Assembly: GCA_973895155.1 (NCBI GenBank)
Contig: OZ316891.1
Location: forward strand, 21,690,513 to 21,754,512
Direction: 5' to 3'
DNA length: 64,000 nucleotides
DNA from: Marsupella aquatica
Taxonomy: Eukaryota; Plantae; Marchantiophyta
The translations under genes were made by a program, and so were the position numbers. Of the stretch, positions 1 through 12,049 are shown in pieces. Within the stretch, counting starts at the first letter, position 1. Each line of letters starts with the position of its first letter. The notes under the pieces were generated by a model. The model was not told the origin of the DNA. It worked only from the letters and a program-made list of their open reading frames with translations, and made no database searches.

Positions 1-1355
1 TGGCCCCGACTCTAGCAACCAACTCCCGATTTGCCTCACTAAAGGCCTAGGGACCGAGCACTCTTGGGATTCAACCTCCACACCTACTTGGCCTTGCCTC
101 CCCAACGCAAGCTCCCTTGGGAGACTGAACGCAGCTTGGCTGCTGTTCAATAGGATTTGGCAAGCGGGCGAGTTAACACCCGCAAACCCTGAGAACCCAT
201 GGTGCCCCCAGACCCAACTGAACTCAGGAGGGCGTAGCCCTCTTTGAGAGCTTTCCAACGCACCCAAGAAGTCCTCCAATGGACTTCCCGTTGGGAAGAT
301 ATCGTCGTTTCCGTTTGGCGGTTTCTCTTAGTGTCACGACCGCCGTGGCTCACGACTTCTGCTCGCCCTTAGCCCCCAGGGAGACACCACTCCTCTCATA
401 TATGCTTCTGGAGACCTGCCAACCCGGACCAGCTTTGGTCCCTAAACATTTGGCCCCCAACCCGGATCCTATCGCGCATAATGGGTGCGCCACCAATTGG
501 CAACGCCCATAATTTTCTCGTTAGGCCTCCTGTCGTGCGCATAAACATCGCTACACAACATACATCGCTTGTCACACATATCTAAGCATAGTCACAATCA
601 ACATCACAAACATAAGAGAATGGAGTACAAGTGGAACTCCTATCCACACATGTCCAAAACCCACAATAATGTTCAAGAGAAATCGAACAACGATTGATGC
701 TAATCCAACACACAATCCTGCCCGACACGATCACACACTTATGTCAAGCCAAACGCACCTTGCGCCTCAAGGAATCCACGTTACGTACACACTGTAACCT
801 AGACAGCCACACCATAGCCGCTAGAGTTTGTGCTTGAAAGGCTCAACATCAAAAGATGAGACCTTTGAGCCAACACAAACTAAGAGATATATAACTATCC
901 CTCACAAGCATAGTCTAACCCTAAAACACTTAGATAACACACATATGAAAGCCTCAAACCTACATAGTCCGATATCCTATACTACCACTCATAATGGTGT
1001 GACACGCAAGCGGAGTGCTTTAGCCCATTGTGATCGGGCCTACCCAGTGCTCATGCCTAGGCACTCAGGTCTCATCGCCGCTTGGGGCCCCCGATTGGCC
1101 CAACCCGGATCAGGCCGTGACTCGCGTCCCAAACGTCCGTTGCCCATGGCGTCAACTCCATGGGCCTTGGGCCCAAGAGGAGCTCACCCTCAAGCCCTCA
1201 TAACTCAAAGTCCATCCGGAGGTCCAGACGGTCGTCCTTGAGCCCCCGGGCCCATTTCCCCTTCGACCCGACCAACTCTCACCTAGCCCAAGTCCTTAGT
1301 GTGTGTCCCCAGCTTGGCTCCTTGCCTTTGCTAGCGCCACGTCTCGTTGCTCACA
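1..1355 (-). repeat. 3' LTR of the outer gypsy (partial), interrupted by an insertion at 531-1004
   Basis: Near-identical to 50309-50925; ends ...GCTCACA next to AGTCTCCCC (minus-strand PPT GGGGAGACT). Confidence 0.7.
531..1004. mobile_element. Solo-LTR-like insertion (TG...CA) related to the LTR at 54238-55531
   Basis: Absent from the other LTR copy (ggcctcc|gcaag at ~50838); shares aatccacg, aggctcaacat and the terminal aatggtgtgaca with 55310-55531; no clean TSD. Confidence 0.6.
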
Positions 1356-2022
1356 AGTCTCCCCATGCTAAGTCCTCCCCGGATGGCCTATTTGGGCCTG
1401 GACCATAAGGGAGCTCGGTGTCGGAGTCAGCGATATCGGAGCTAAGTGTTAAGGTAGTCGAGTTCCGCAACTTGCACCCCCGCTTAAAAATGGTCATGTC
1501 CGTGTGACCTCAGTAAATGTTCCAACACGCCTAGACCACTTTGGGCCTTAAAAAATTTTATGAGGTAACAAATGGTTTGCCCATAAGGCTGATGCAAACC
1601 AGGTTGGTATGCGCATTCCAGACTTAGAAAATTCCAACCTATCCCACTTATCCAAGTAGGATGCCAGTCCAATCGGGTAAGCTAACTCCAAACTTGTCGG
1701 ACCCATTGTTCTCCCCTTGGGCAACTCCCCTTTGGTTTGAACCAGCCCGCTCAAAGATGTAAGGCGGGCACCATCTACTTCCACTTGCGAAAAACAAATC
1801 GGCCGCCCAACAACCTCTAGCACCAACGCAATCCGACTTTACCCTTAAAAGGCCGAGAGGAGTGAAACTAGGATACAACTCCTAAAGATAGCTATAGCTG
1901 CCTGTACCAGTTCACAACGGTGACCGTAGGCCGCTTCGCTTACGATAACTTCCAAGGATCTCCGAGGCATTACCCAAATTTTCTTTCGGTTCCCAAGTAC
2001 TCTCGGCCTGATCATAGCCAAC

Positions 2023-2846
2023 CTACTTCACCAAATACTTTAAGATTTGCCTTCCCAACTTGCGTTTGTAACGATGGTCCAGAATTGCCTCCACCTCAAA
2101 CTCCTCAGCGTCCTCCACCAGCAAGGCGTCCGGACGCAAGACCTGATCCCAGTTGGGCTCTTCGTCTTTGACAAACTTCTTGAGCCAGCTAACATGGTAG
2201 CTTTTGCCCACGCCCATTTTGTTGGGTGTCTCCAACACCATCAAAACCGGATTATCCTTGTGGGCCCATCGTATGATACGATAGGGCCCCGCATATCTGG
2301 GAGCCAGCTTCCTACTTATGTTCCCGTGGTATTGCTTAGGTCTCAACTACAACCAGACGCTCTCCCCAATTTCAAAGCTTACCTGGCATTGATGTTTATC
2401 CCCTTGCTCCTTGTACCAACTTTGGGCAAGGGTACGTCATACCCTTGGTAGCTGCTTCCACAACTTAGAGGCGCCGCTCTCAAATAAAATTGTCTGCTGA
2501 AGGAACCTTGCTTTCCGTCTGCCAAGCTTCCGGATTTATAAACCAAGAGGTCACCCTTGGCGTCCTCCCTGTGGCAAGCACAAACGGCGCAAACCCTATC
2601 GCCGAATGCTTGGTCAAGTTGTACCTAAACTCGGGCATTGTTAAGTGCTTTGCCCAATCCTTTTGATTGGCCGTCACAAAGTGGCGAAGGACCAATTGCT
2701 TCATGTCCGGCCAATACACATCTTACGACATGCTGCAATACATAGCGACTTGTCCTCCATGCCCTCCCCAGGGCAAATGGTACTTTTGTAGAACCTCTAA
2801 CCTTAGAGACTCTAGTATGTACACACGCCTCTGCTTGTATCGTCAT
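2023..2846 (-). pseudogene. Gypsy integrase (internally deleted) with C-terminal chromodomain
   Basis: YWPDMK, KLAPRYAGPYRII (GPY/F motif), EEFEVEAILDHR...KYLVK chromodomain; stops and frameshifts. Confidence 0.85.
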
Positions 2847-4282
2847 AATTGAACATTATGCATCGTATCCAACCCCAATGACACGTGCCTTACCTTGCCT
2901 TGGCTACCCCCATTACTTTGCCATTCCTTAGCTAACCTATCATCCCCATACGCTGCAGCCAGAACCTTTGGCCACTCGGATTCGAGCATCGTGATCCCAT
3001 TGACACGATGATGGTCCTTACGCAATAACGCGTCAGCTGCCATGTTTGTCTTCCCAGGAACGTGACGGACTTCAAAATTGAAATCTACCAAGAACATCTG
3101 CCAGCACATTTCCTTGGGGTTCAGCCTTGGCTTAGAACTGAAGTACCCGGCCAACGAGCTATCTATGTGGATTACCACCTTGGGACCGTTCTTAAGGTAA
3201 ATCTCCCACTTCTTCAATGCATAGATCACAACATACATTTCCCTTTCCAGTGTGATCCAATGATTTTCCAACTTACATGACTCAAAGGCCATAGGACGCC
3301 CATCATGGTGAAGACAGGCGCCAATGGCATAATCACTTGTGTCTGTCCAAATCTTGAATGGCTTCCCCATCTTAGGTAACTTTAGAACCGGCAGCGTTAT
3401 CATTAGCCGCTTAAGTTCTAGGAATGCTAACTCGCAATCTTGTGTCCACACAAACACTTTGTCTTTCAACGTTAGCACGTTTAGGGGCCTCGCAATCCTC
3501 GCATAGTCTTTCATGTATCTCCGATAGAACCTCGTAAATCCTAAGAAGGCTCTGACCTGCCTTACATTGGACGGGCGCTCCCATTCTTTGATCTCCTTAA
3601 GCTTGTCCTAACTAGGCGTAATCCCTTTCGGGGTAAAGGTATGGCCAAGGAACTGAATCTCGTTCATTGCAAACTCGCACTTGCTAGGTTTTGCAAAGAG
3701 ACGAGCCTTACGAAGGCGAGAGAACACTTCTCTGAAAAACTGCTCATGTTCCTCCAACATTTTTGAGTAGATTAGGATGTCGTCAATAAAGACAACCACT
3801 CCTTGGTCCAACAAGTCATGAAAGATGGTATTCATCATCTTCATGAACGTTGTGGTTGCATTACACAACCCAAACGGCATAACCAAAAACTCATAGGATC
3901 CGAACCTTGTGCGCATCGCGGTCTTATACTCGTCTCCCTTAGCCATGCGGATCTGGTAATACCCAGACCACAAGTCCACCTTTGAAAAATTCCTAGCCCC
4001 GGAGAGGCAATCAAAGAGGTCATCCATATGAGATAATGGGTACTTGTTCTTTATTGTCTGCTTATTGAGGGCCCGATAATCTGCGCACAATCTCAAAGTA
4101 TCATCCTTTTTGGACACAAACAGTGCGGGCGCCCCAAAAGGACTCTTACTAGGACGAATGAACCCTTGGTCGATCAACTCTTCCAAGGCATTCTTCAACA
4201 TCATTCGTTTGTTCAGGTTCAAACGATAAGGAGCTTTAGCCTGAGGAGCCGACCCTAGCTCCAACTCAACTTGGTGATCCAC
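2843..4282 (-). pseudogene. Gypsy reverse transcriptase and RNase H
   Basis: [44 protein letters not shown]; RNase H WTDTSDYAIGA...ADALLR; in-frame stop at 3608. Confidence 0.95.
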
Positions 4283-4642
4283 TTCTCTTCATAGGGGTAA
4301 ACCTTTAGGTAGTTTTTGTAAGAGCACGTCATTGAATTCCTCTAAAATTTCAGGAATTTGACCATAGTCGGGCCCGACCTTAGCTGACTTGACCTTTGGC
4401 TGCAAACAGCCTCCTTAATTGGGTGGAGATGAAAGAAGAAACATTCATGTCCACCTTTGAAGTCTTTCCACCATTGCTTCGCCGATACACACGGAGACAA
4501 CCATGACACTTACTTTGAGAAATCTTTCTTTATTTTTGGTAACTTCGTGTACAACGATGGGCTCGCCGCCCTTATATATTGGGAAAATGGAGCACTTCAC
4601 CCCTCGGTTTCAAGGTAACAATGTTGTGCTTTCTAAGATAAC

Positions 4643-4978
4643 CTACCAACAAAATGAAGTTACGGCTAGACCGTCTAGAATGTAGAACATCTCCTGACTA
4701 ACAAAATTTTGTTGTTTGCCTATGACCTCTACTCGAAGTCTATGTACTACTCTCGACACTATCCCCTTTGTGTCGTTGGCAAACTTGCACACTAACAATT
4801 GTAGCAACTCTTGCACATCCACCCCAAGACGTGCCGCCGCTTGCCCACTTATGAAGCAGGTGGTCGCACCTATATCCACCAAAGCAACACCCCGATTACC
4901 ATTAGAAGTGACATTCACAAAAATTAGTTTTTTAGGATCCATTGTCTTAACTTTAGGTATCTTCTCTTGCAACAACAC
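4643..4978 (-). pseudogene. Gypsy aspartic protease remnant
   Basis: ALVDIGATTCFIS (degenerate D-[ST]-G motif). Confidence 0.8.
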
Positions 4979-5054
4979 CTTCTCTCTGGCATGAACATCC
5001 CCTACAGGGACCTTGTCAACTACTAAGGGTTCGGCTAAAGTGATACTTACCTTA

Positions 5055-5653
5055 GGTCAATTGCAAGCTTGAGGGGGGCAAAAAGGATATCCAATTTCTC
5101 CACCAAAAGGATTCTAGTCCTTTCCAATTTACAAGGGGTGGACAAGGTGTTACACCAAATGGCTAGGATTAGTTTGTTGAGATTGGATGGTGAGATCTTG
5201 CATGCCAAGTCTCGGGGGGGTCACTATATGAAGGGTTATACATCATGTGCGACGGTTTGGGTCATTTATGACCCCCTAAGTCACTTTCTAGAAAGTTGTA
5301 TGGCACCCATCATGTGATGACACGTATGCATTTTGCAATTAAACAACCCTATATTTCCATAGAAGACTTAATAAGTCTTCCGCCAAAACCATTTAAATGA
5401 CCCTATACTTCGTCGCACATGATATGCCACTTCCATGGAAGTGACCCCCCCGAGTGCCAAGTATTTGGAAGTGTGTCCAGGCTTTTAGGAAGTCCCAATT
5501 TTCTTGGAAGTGTGCACAACAATTTTGGAAGTGTGTCAAACCTTTATGGAAGTGGTGTTCAACTAAATCTTTATAATCTTTGAGTCCTTTTTCTCTCCTT
5601 TTTGAGCTAATCCTTTTTGCGTCCTTTTGCCCCCCTCAATCTTGCAATTGACC
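5055..5653. mobile_element. MITE family A copy 1 (GGT...ACC termini, 4-bp TSD CTTA), with a nested MITE
   Basis: TIR GGTCAATTGCAAG.TTGAGGGGG; CTTA at 5051-5054 and 5654-5657. Confidence 0.9.
5211..5454. mobile_element. MITE with 8-bp TSD TGCCAAGT nested in family A copy 1
   Basis: TIR CTCGGGGGGGTCACT/AGTGACCCCCCCGAG; TSD at 5203-5210 and 5455-5462; absent from the sister copy at 6890-7236. Confidence 0.9.
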
Positions 5654-5659
5654 CTTAAT

Positions 5660-6055
5660 GCTCTTCTGCCCTCCATCTCCGCTCGGTTTGCCACCTTTCG
5701 TGGAACAATCCTTACTTGGATGGCCCATGGCACCACACATGAAGCATGAACCTTTCGCCCGCCTCTCCTCCATGAGTGTCTGCTTCTTTGCTTTCTACGC
5801 CAATGAGGTTCCTTTCCTGAAGTTGCCGGCCTTTCGGTTTTGCTTAGCTTCTCCATTGTGGGGCTAGGGATCTGAACCATCGCCCCCCACCACCTCAGGT
5901 TGCTTATGCTTATTCCCAGGACCGACCTTTTGCTTTCCCATCTTCCCCCTCAAATCCCTTGCCACCCACCTGTGCCAAGTCCGGTCGGTTATTCACCAAT
6001 GTAGTGGCCTTGTTGAAGGCGTCAGAAAGTGTTTTGAACTTGTCGTATGCTATCA
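5660..6055 (-). pseudogene. Gypsy gag C-terminal part with CCHC zinc knuckle
   Basis: Minus-strand CFMCGAMGHPSKDC at ~5705-5750. Confidence 0.75.
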
Positions 6056-6889
6056 AAAGCAAATATCATCGAATATATGCTAAAAACTCAGTGTTCGTTC
6101 CCATGGAAGAACAAGAATGGGATGAAAAGATGTTTTAAAGTATTTTGAGTGGTTTAGAGATGGTACTCAACATCTATAAGAAAAATAGAATCTTAAACAA
6201 AACACAAGGAATTAATAAAATAAGAACAAAGTGACATTTGCTGGATAACATAATCTTAGAGCTTTTAGAGGTATAGTTTAGCAATATTTGACTCTGTCAC
6301 CATGTCTTAAGAAAGAGCTATGGCATTATTTGAGACGTTGATAAGTCAAACATAACCTTGCTATAACTACTCTCTAGGTTTCTATCATACATCTAAGTTT
6401 AAGAAGTGTCTATGCTCACAAAACCCAAGATAAGTTTCAAATTGTGTGTATAGTAGTGTGTCATTAAAATGCCGACAACATGTTTCCTTCTTCAGCGATG
6501 CGCAATTCCAAAGGAAAACTAATGCACATTCAGTATACCACAATGGTACTTCAAATCCTTGAATTAAGAATGTCGCTACTTCTTAATCATATAGATTTAT
6601 ATTCCTTGATTTCATGCAATACTTATCTTCCAAAGATAAGTCCTTCATGTAAATACATAAATGGACAACAAATGTTGTAGTTTGGATTAGGCCTTGACCA
6701 ACGGATCTTCTAATACATTCCACAAACTGTATTTTTATGGGTTTTACTTCTTACGGTAATTGCAACATGCATTACCATACAAAGGAGGGGTAGACTCCTA
6801 GCACAAGTAATCAAATTCCAAGGTATACAAATCTTCCTTGCAAAATTACACGTACAAGGGACAAAACTCCAAGATGAGGAGATGCAAAT

Positions 6890-7236
6890 GGTCAATTGCA
6901 AGATTGAGGGGGGCAAAAGGACGCAAAAAGGATTAGCTCAAAAAGGAGAGAAAAAGGACTCAAAGATCATAAAGATTTAGTTGAACACCACTTCCATAAA
7001 GGTTTGACACACTTCCAAAATTGTTGTGCACACTTCCAAGAAGATTGGGACTTCCTAAAAGCCTGGACACACTTCCAAAGACTTGGCATGCAAGATCTCA
7101 CCATCCAATCTCAACAAACTAATCCTAGCCATTTGGTGTAACACCTTGTCCACCCCTTGTAAATTGGAAAGGACTAGAATCCTTTTGGTGGAGAAATTGG
7201 ATATCCTTTTTGCCCCCCTCAAGCTTGCAATTGACC
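6890..7236. mobile_element. MITE family A copy 2 (inverted relative to copy 1), TSD AAAT
   Basis: Same TIRs as 5055-5653; AAAT at 6886-6889 and 7237-7240. Confidence 0.9.
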
Positions 7237-7494
7237 AAATAACTATCTACACTGTCTCAAAATGAGACTGGTATCACAATAAGTACATGAGATTGCCCAC
7301 GGGCTAAGGAGAATGAAGAGACATGCCTCTTCATTTCCTAAGTCTAAACTAAGTAAAGTAAAAGTCAACTTTGACTAAGGGATAGTCAAATGGTTAAAGC
7401 TAAGTAAAAGTCTACAAAATAAAATACTAATCTCATACCGTAATAGGAGGAGGGTCAACTACAAGTAGAGGGAGGCGAGCTACATAACCAAGGG

Positions 7495-7968
7495 CCCGGG
7501 TATGCAACTCCCTTTTTTATAAGGCAAGTTTTTAATACCTTATAATGGCCTTATATCCAATTGACCATCTTAGATTTCATTTTAGTCTACTAAAGTCTTG
7601 TACCTCTCAACTCAAGGAATCCAAAAATGTAGCTAAAAAAAAAACCAAACATGTTTTGATGTACAAAAAGTTGATCAAAACCAAATTATATGGGTTTTTT
7701 TTAATACAGGGGTCTACAGCCAAACTAGCCAGCTTTTTAGGATTTTTATTAAAATTTTAAAAATATTTTAATAAAAATTACAACATGTATAGGAATATTT
7801 TTTAATTTCATATGGAAAAAGAAGAAAACCAAACCTTTTATATGACTTGAAAATTTTTAAAAGTGGAAACCCAGGTTTTTTCAAATTTTAATTATTTTGT
7901 ATAGCCAACTTTTTAGTCCATATAAAAATGTAGACCCCTGTCTATTATATAAGAGTTGCGTACCCGGG
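7495..7968. mobile_element. MITE with 8-bp TSD ACCAAGGG
   Basis: TIR CCCGGGTATGCAACTC/GAGTTGCGTACCCGGG; TSD at 7487-7494 and 7969-7976. Confidence 0.9.
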
Positions 7969-8013
7969 ACCAAGGGCTATCTTCCCTTTGGTCCTCTGTC
8001 CCTTCAAATACTA

Positions 8014-8835
8014 TCAACAAAAAAGGTCTTCACGGTAACGAATCATACGAGGCTCACTGGTCTTCCGGATTGGATGTCCATCCGGTCCGATCCAAACAAA
8101 GTACTCTGATGGCCATGGAATGTCTGGAGTTGGAAGAGGGAAAGGTGCTATGACCTTTCTACAATGATAAACCCAACTCCAAAGGTCAGGAGTCTCAATC
8201 GTGGGTAATCTCAGCTTGTCGATAGGCAGCCATAGAATACCACGAGAAATCGGAACCATGTCGTAGGTATGTGCAAAAGGGAAAGACTCACAACCAAACA
8301 TAAGTGGAGGTAAAGGAGGTGCAAGGGGAGTGCGTGCGTCGATGAGTGACGTAATCATCCTATCAAACTGGGCGGGAAAGACAAAAAGAGGCTCAATGTC
8401 GGCAACAGAAGAGACAATAGGAGGCTAAGACATCAAAGGAGTATGAGCTATAAATGGTACACTGGGAGGCTCTATAGTCTCAGGCTCAGGCTCAGTCTCG
8501 GGAATAGGCTCAGGAATAGGTTCATCTCCTTCCATGGTAGGAGAGGGAAATGAATCATCAAGGGGTGATAGGGTGGTATCCTCAATAGAGGAAAATGGAT
8601 ATGGAGGGCGTACGGGTGAAGGGGGTAAAGGCTCAGGGGTAGGAGATGGAGGGTGCTCAGGTGAAAATGTAGGAGGGATAGGGGAATCAAGAATAGGGGA
8701 AAGAATGGGATCAGGTAGAGGGGGTGTAGGTGAGGATGGAGGAGGGAGTGAAGGGTCAGCAATAGGTAGCTCCGGCTCATCCACATCCATAGGGTGATCA
8801 GGCTGTGGTGAAGGTGCAAGGGGTGAAACATGAGG
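8014..8835 (-). pseudogene. Proline-rich C-terminal part of the element X ORF
   Basis: Joins 21129 in frame once the TIR element is removed (...LLSESRTVPPPHVSPLAP...). Confidence 0.6.
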
Positions 8836-9754
8836 GGGTAACACGATTTCGGACCGACCGAGAAGTGTGTCGGAGTTCTCGTTTAGCCCGATCCCGTTTT
8901 TTTTCTAAGGCAATGCAATGACCGATAAAACTGGCAAAAACTCTCCGAAACGCCACTTTCCTCCATTGCATCGCCGCGGGAATGCAGGGAGCGATACGTG
9001 CATCGGGTTTTACATTCCGTCAGTGAAAAAGTCCGAACTGCGAGTAACTTGGTCCGAACCGCGTAATCCAGGAATGACCACGCACTAACCCAGGTAAAAG
9101 GGGAACTTAACCATGGTTAAGGGGAAATTAACCATGGTTTAGAGCGTCTCCTATATAAAGAGGAGCGGGCTGCCCATAAAATGTTTGCTTTTGCCAGAGC
9201 AAATATCTCCTGACTGAGAGCGAATACCAAACTCCCATCAAGTCTTACATTCCTCCCAAGCGATTCGACTCTTTCTACCGAAAACCCGATAAATTTATCG
9301 GAACAGCCATTCCTGTTCAAGTTCTCCATGTAAGACTAACTAGTCATTTAGTGTAAAATGTCCAGATCCGAGCGGACTGCGATAAATTTATCGCATTTTG
9401 CATTCCTCTGTTGCAATCATTTGATCCAGTGTGTTTAGAGAGGTGTTGCCTTCATTCCGATAAATTTATCGGAGTCTCCATTCCTTTCATGGAAAGAGGA
9501 GTAATTGAGAATCCGATAAATTTATTGGAGTTGTCATTTTTGTGAAAGATTGAATTCAGGGCTTAGGTGTTTGAGGAAGTCATATTTTCAATTCGAATGC
9601 GGAGTGCGATAAACTTATCGCATCCTCCTGTGAGAATCATTTTCCTTTGTTTTGTTTGGAGACTCATCTTCATCTCTGATGTCGCAGTGTTGTCGGGTTT
9701 AGGAGGCACAACGGAAGGTCGATTGCACTCCGTGGACAACAGGTATTGTGACAA

Positions 9755-10084
9755 ATGGCTGTCTTCCTTGAAAATCGTGTCAAACATGCACGCCGGTTGT
9801 ACAAGAGACTCGTGCGACTCAAAGTTCTCCCCATCGGTATAGGAGCATTGTGGATGGGTGGTACTGATCCTGGAGATAGGCAGAATCCTCTTCGCATTGA
9901 ATTCTGCGGAATGAATGATGCAAGAGTTCCAATTCGTTCGAGGTTGATGTTAACGGCGTGTTTACATTCTTTGGAGTTTTCTTGTAACTATTGTTGTCGT
10001 CGTCTTGATAACAAGTACCACAAACAGGCTCACTTCTGTTGTAAGATTTGGAACGAAGACCCTTGGGTGAACCTTTCACGATGA
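9755..10084 (+). CDS. Small Cys/His-rich cargo ORF of unknown function
   Basis: 109-aa ATG-initiated ORF with CLH...CNYCC...HFCC, lying between palindrome clusters. Confidence 0.35.
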   Translation: MAVFLENRVKHARRLYKRLVRLKVLPIGIGALWMGGTDPGDRQNPLRIEFCGMNDARVPIRSRLMLTACLHSLEFSCNYCCRRLDNKYHKQAHFCCKIWNEDPWVNLSR

Positions 10085-10272
10085 GTGTTTTGACCTTTTC
10101 ATTGAGGCGCATCTTGGAAGGACATATTTAAATAAACAAGTCCTACCCTTGCGCAGCGAATATAATACGTCACGAGTCCTAATCGTTAAACTGTCGTGCA
10201 GGGTTGGTACTGTGTTTGGTTACACCTGGTGATTGAAGGTATTTTTATTGGTGGTTTTGGTAGCTCTGCTTC

Positions 10273-10821
10273 ATGGCTGCATTGGAGAATCTAATCGTTG
10301 CAAAGATGGGATCCATTTTAGCCCACGAGCGTAGGAAATATATTCGAGGAAAAGTGCCCGGTGTGGAATGCGGAAGTTTGTTGAATGGACTTCCCGATGA
10401 ACTCGTTGAATCTCACATTTGGCCCCTCCTAGCCTTGTCTTGCACACAAGATGAACACCTTGGCCTTGACCTAAAACTTCTACTAGAAGAACGACTGACT
10501 CGAATGAGAACAATCATTTGTCTTGGAGCCACCTCGAAGAAATGGAACCATCTTGTTGTTGGTACACGATTTTGGGCGCTATTGAAATATGCAATCCGTG
10601 AGATCAATGACATAAACAAAATGCTCGCAAGCATTCCTAATGCCGTCCTTCTCTCAAACCTACATATTGCTAGGGTCTTCCGAGAGGAAACTCATTTCCT
10701 CCCTCCCATAGATATGCTTGGGTGCTTCTCGTATGACCGATTAGATGCGTTTCTTAGAGTTTGGGTGAATCTTGGAGAAAGCGGGAAGCGGACAATTCTT
10801 GCATGGCATGGACGAGTCTGA
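10273..10821 (+). CDS. F-box-like cargo protein
   Basis: LLNGLPDELVESHIWPLL...LGATSKKWNHLV resembles an F-box (LPDEL..I...SK.W). Confidence 0.55.
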   Translation: MAALENLIVAKMGSILAHERRKYIRGKVPGVECGSLLNGLPDELVESHIWPLLALSCTQDEHLGLDLKLLLEERLTRMRTIICLGATSKKWNHLVVGTRFWALLKYAIREINDINKMLASIPNAVLLSNLHIARVFREETHFLPPIDMLGCFSYDRLDAFLRVWVNLGESGKRTILAWHGRV

Positions 10822-11113
10822 GTGGATGAGGCATTGCAGCGAACATCCGATAAATTTATCGCACTCCTCATTCCTCTAGTCGATTTTGGGTGCTTGTAAA
10901 GAAACACTTTGAATATAATTGACTCTGCCTCCCCTGACTTCGGGTTGTGTGGTCCAGAGTGTATTTTTTTGCGCCTCTTCGGACGATTAGCTGACAAGTG
11001 CATTGGCTTCACAGCCCGTTATACAAGGTACTGTAAAGTTGGATGAAACTTGTAGAATTGTAATTAGTATGTTCTCCAAAATTTATTCCTGATTTCTATT
11101 CGGTGATCAGGCC

Positions 11114-11830
11114 ATGCTCGAGCGACGCATTTTTGTACCCTTCCCGGATCCTCCAGAATGGGGGAATGGAGCCATGCTGGACCAGCTAAGGAGGCTGGAT
11201 GAGTCACTAATTTTAAAGATATGCAGGCTGGTAGTAAATTCATTTTACCATAACGCATTTCACTTCTACGTAGATCAGGTAGGGGGAGAAATTTATATTC
11301 GGTGGGATAGATATGTTGGATTTTCTAGAAGAGTTATCCTACTCTTTCTGAAAACCGGTGCAGTAAGACGTTTTATACTCCACTGCTGTCATGTTGTGAA
11401 GGGCAATCCTGCTTATGAGCCAGAATTCTATGCCGACAACAGACGTAGAGCATTCGATGAGATTCAGGATGTGATTGACGAGCTGGACAATCCTCTTGCC
11501 ACTGAGTTTTTTATTGACACTGGTGGGAAACTATATTCATACAAGATTCGTCAACTCCCCCCCCCCCAGCCGGTCTGTGGGCTCTTTAACTTGATCTATG
11601 TAAGTTGCCTGTGGACGAACGTCCTTGCCAATGGTGAGATCTGTCCATGCTGCACAAATGCTTGTTGTGACATTCCGTCACGCCGGTATTCAGTAGCAGT
11701 AGTGAATCCTGAGACTGGTGAAGTTGATTTCCATTGGCTGTGGGCTTATGATCATCGCGTCACTCATATTCCCCAATGGCCCAAGAAGCGGATCGAACGC
11801 TTCGCTCTGGCGAGGTTCAACTATGATTAG
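11114..11830 (+). CDS. Cargo ORF of unknown function with a Cys cluster
   Basis: Open 238-aa ORF containing CPCCTNACC. Confidence 0.5.
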   Translation: MLERRIFVPFPDPPEWGNGAMLDQLRRLDESLILKICRLVVNSFYHNAFHFYVDQVGGEIYIRWDRYVGFSRRVILLFLKTGAVRRFILHCCHVVKGNPAYEPEFYADNRRRAFDEIQDVIDELDNPLATEFFIDTGGKLYSYKIRQLPPPQPVCGLFNLIYVSCLWTNVLANGEICPCCTNACCDIPSRRYSVAVVNPETGEVDFHWLWAYDHRVTHIPQWPKKRIERFALARFNYD

Positions 11831-12049
11831 GGTTTAGGTTTAGGGGTTAAGGTTTTGGATTTAGGGTTCCGAGCTGATTCTTCGACCTATACACTCGGCT
11901 GTCAATTTAAAGAAGGCTCACTTTTGCGATAATTTTATCGGTCTCTTTGTCCTTGTGTGATGAGATGTCGTGTCCACATGTGCTGTGAGATTGGCGGCGA
12001 TAATTTTATCGCTCTTTGCATTGGAATTTGTTTATTTGCAGACTTTTCC

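Noticed and set aside
5055-7236. Inverted pair 5055-5653 / 6890-7236 as the long TIRs of one element
   Set aside because: Each copy has its own TIRs and a different TSD, so they are independent insertions.
11826-11870. TTTAGGG-like runs here and at ~36600-36790 and 50120-50145 as telomere remnants
   Set aside because: Short and degenerate; telobox-like runs are common in plant transposons and promoters.
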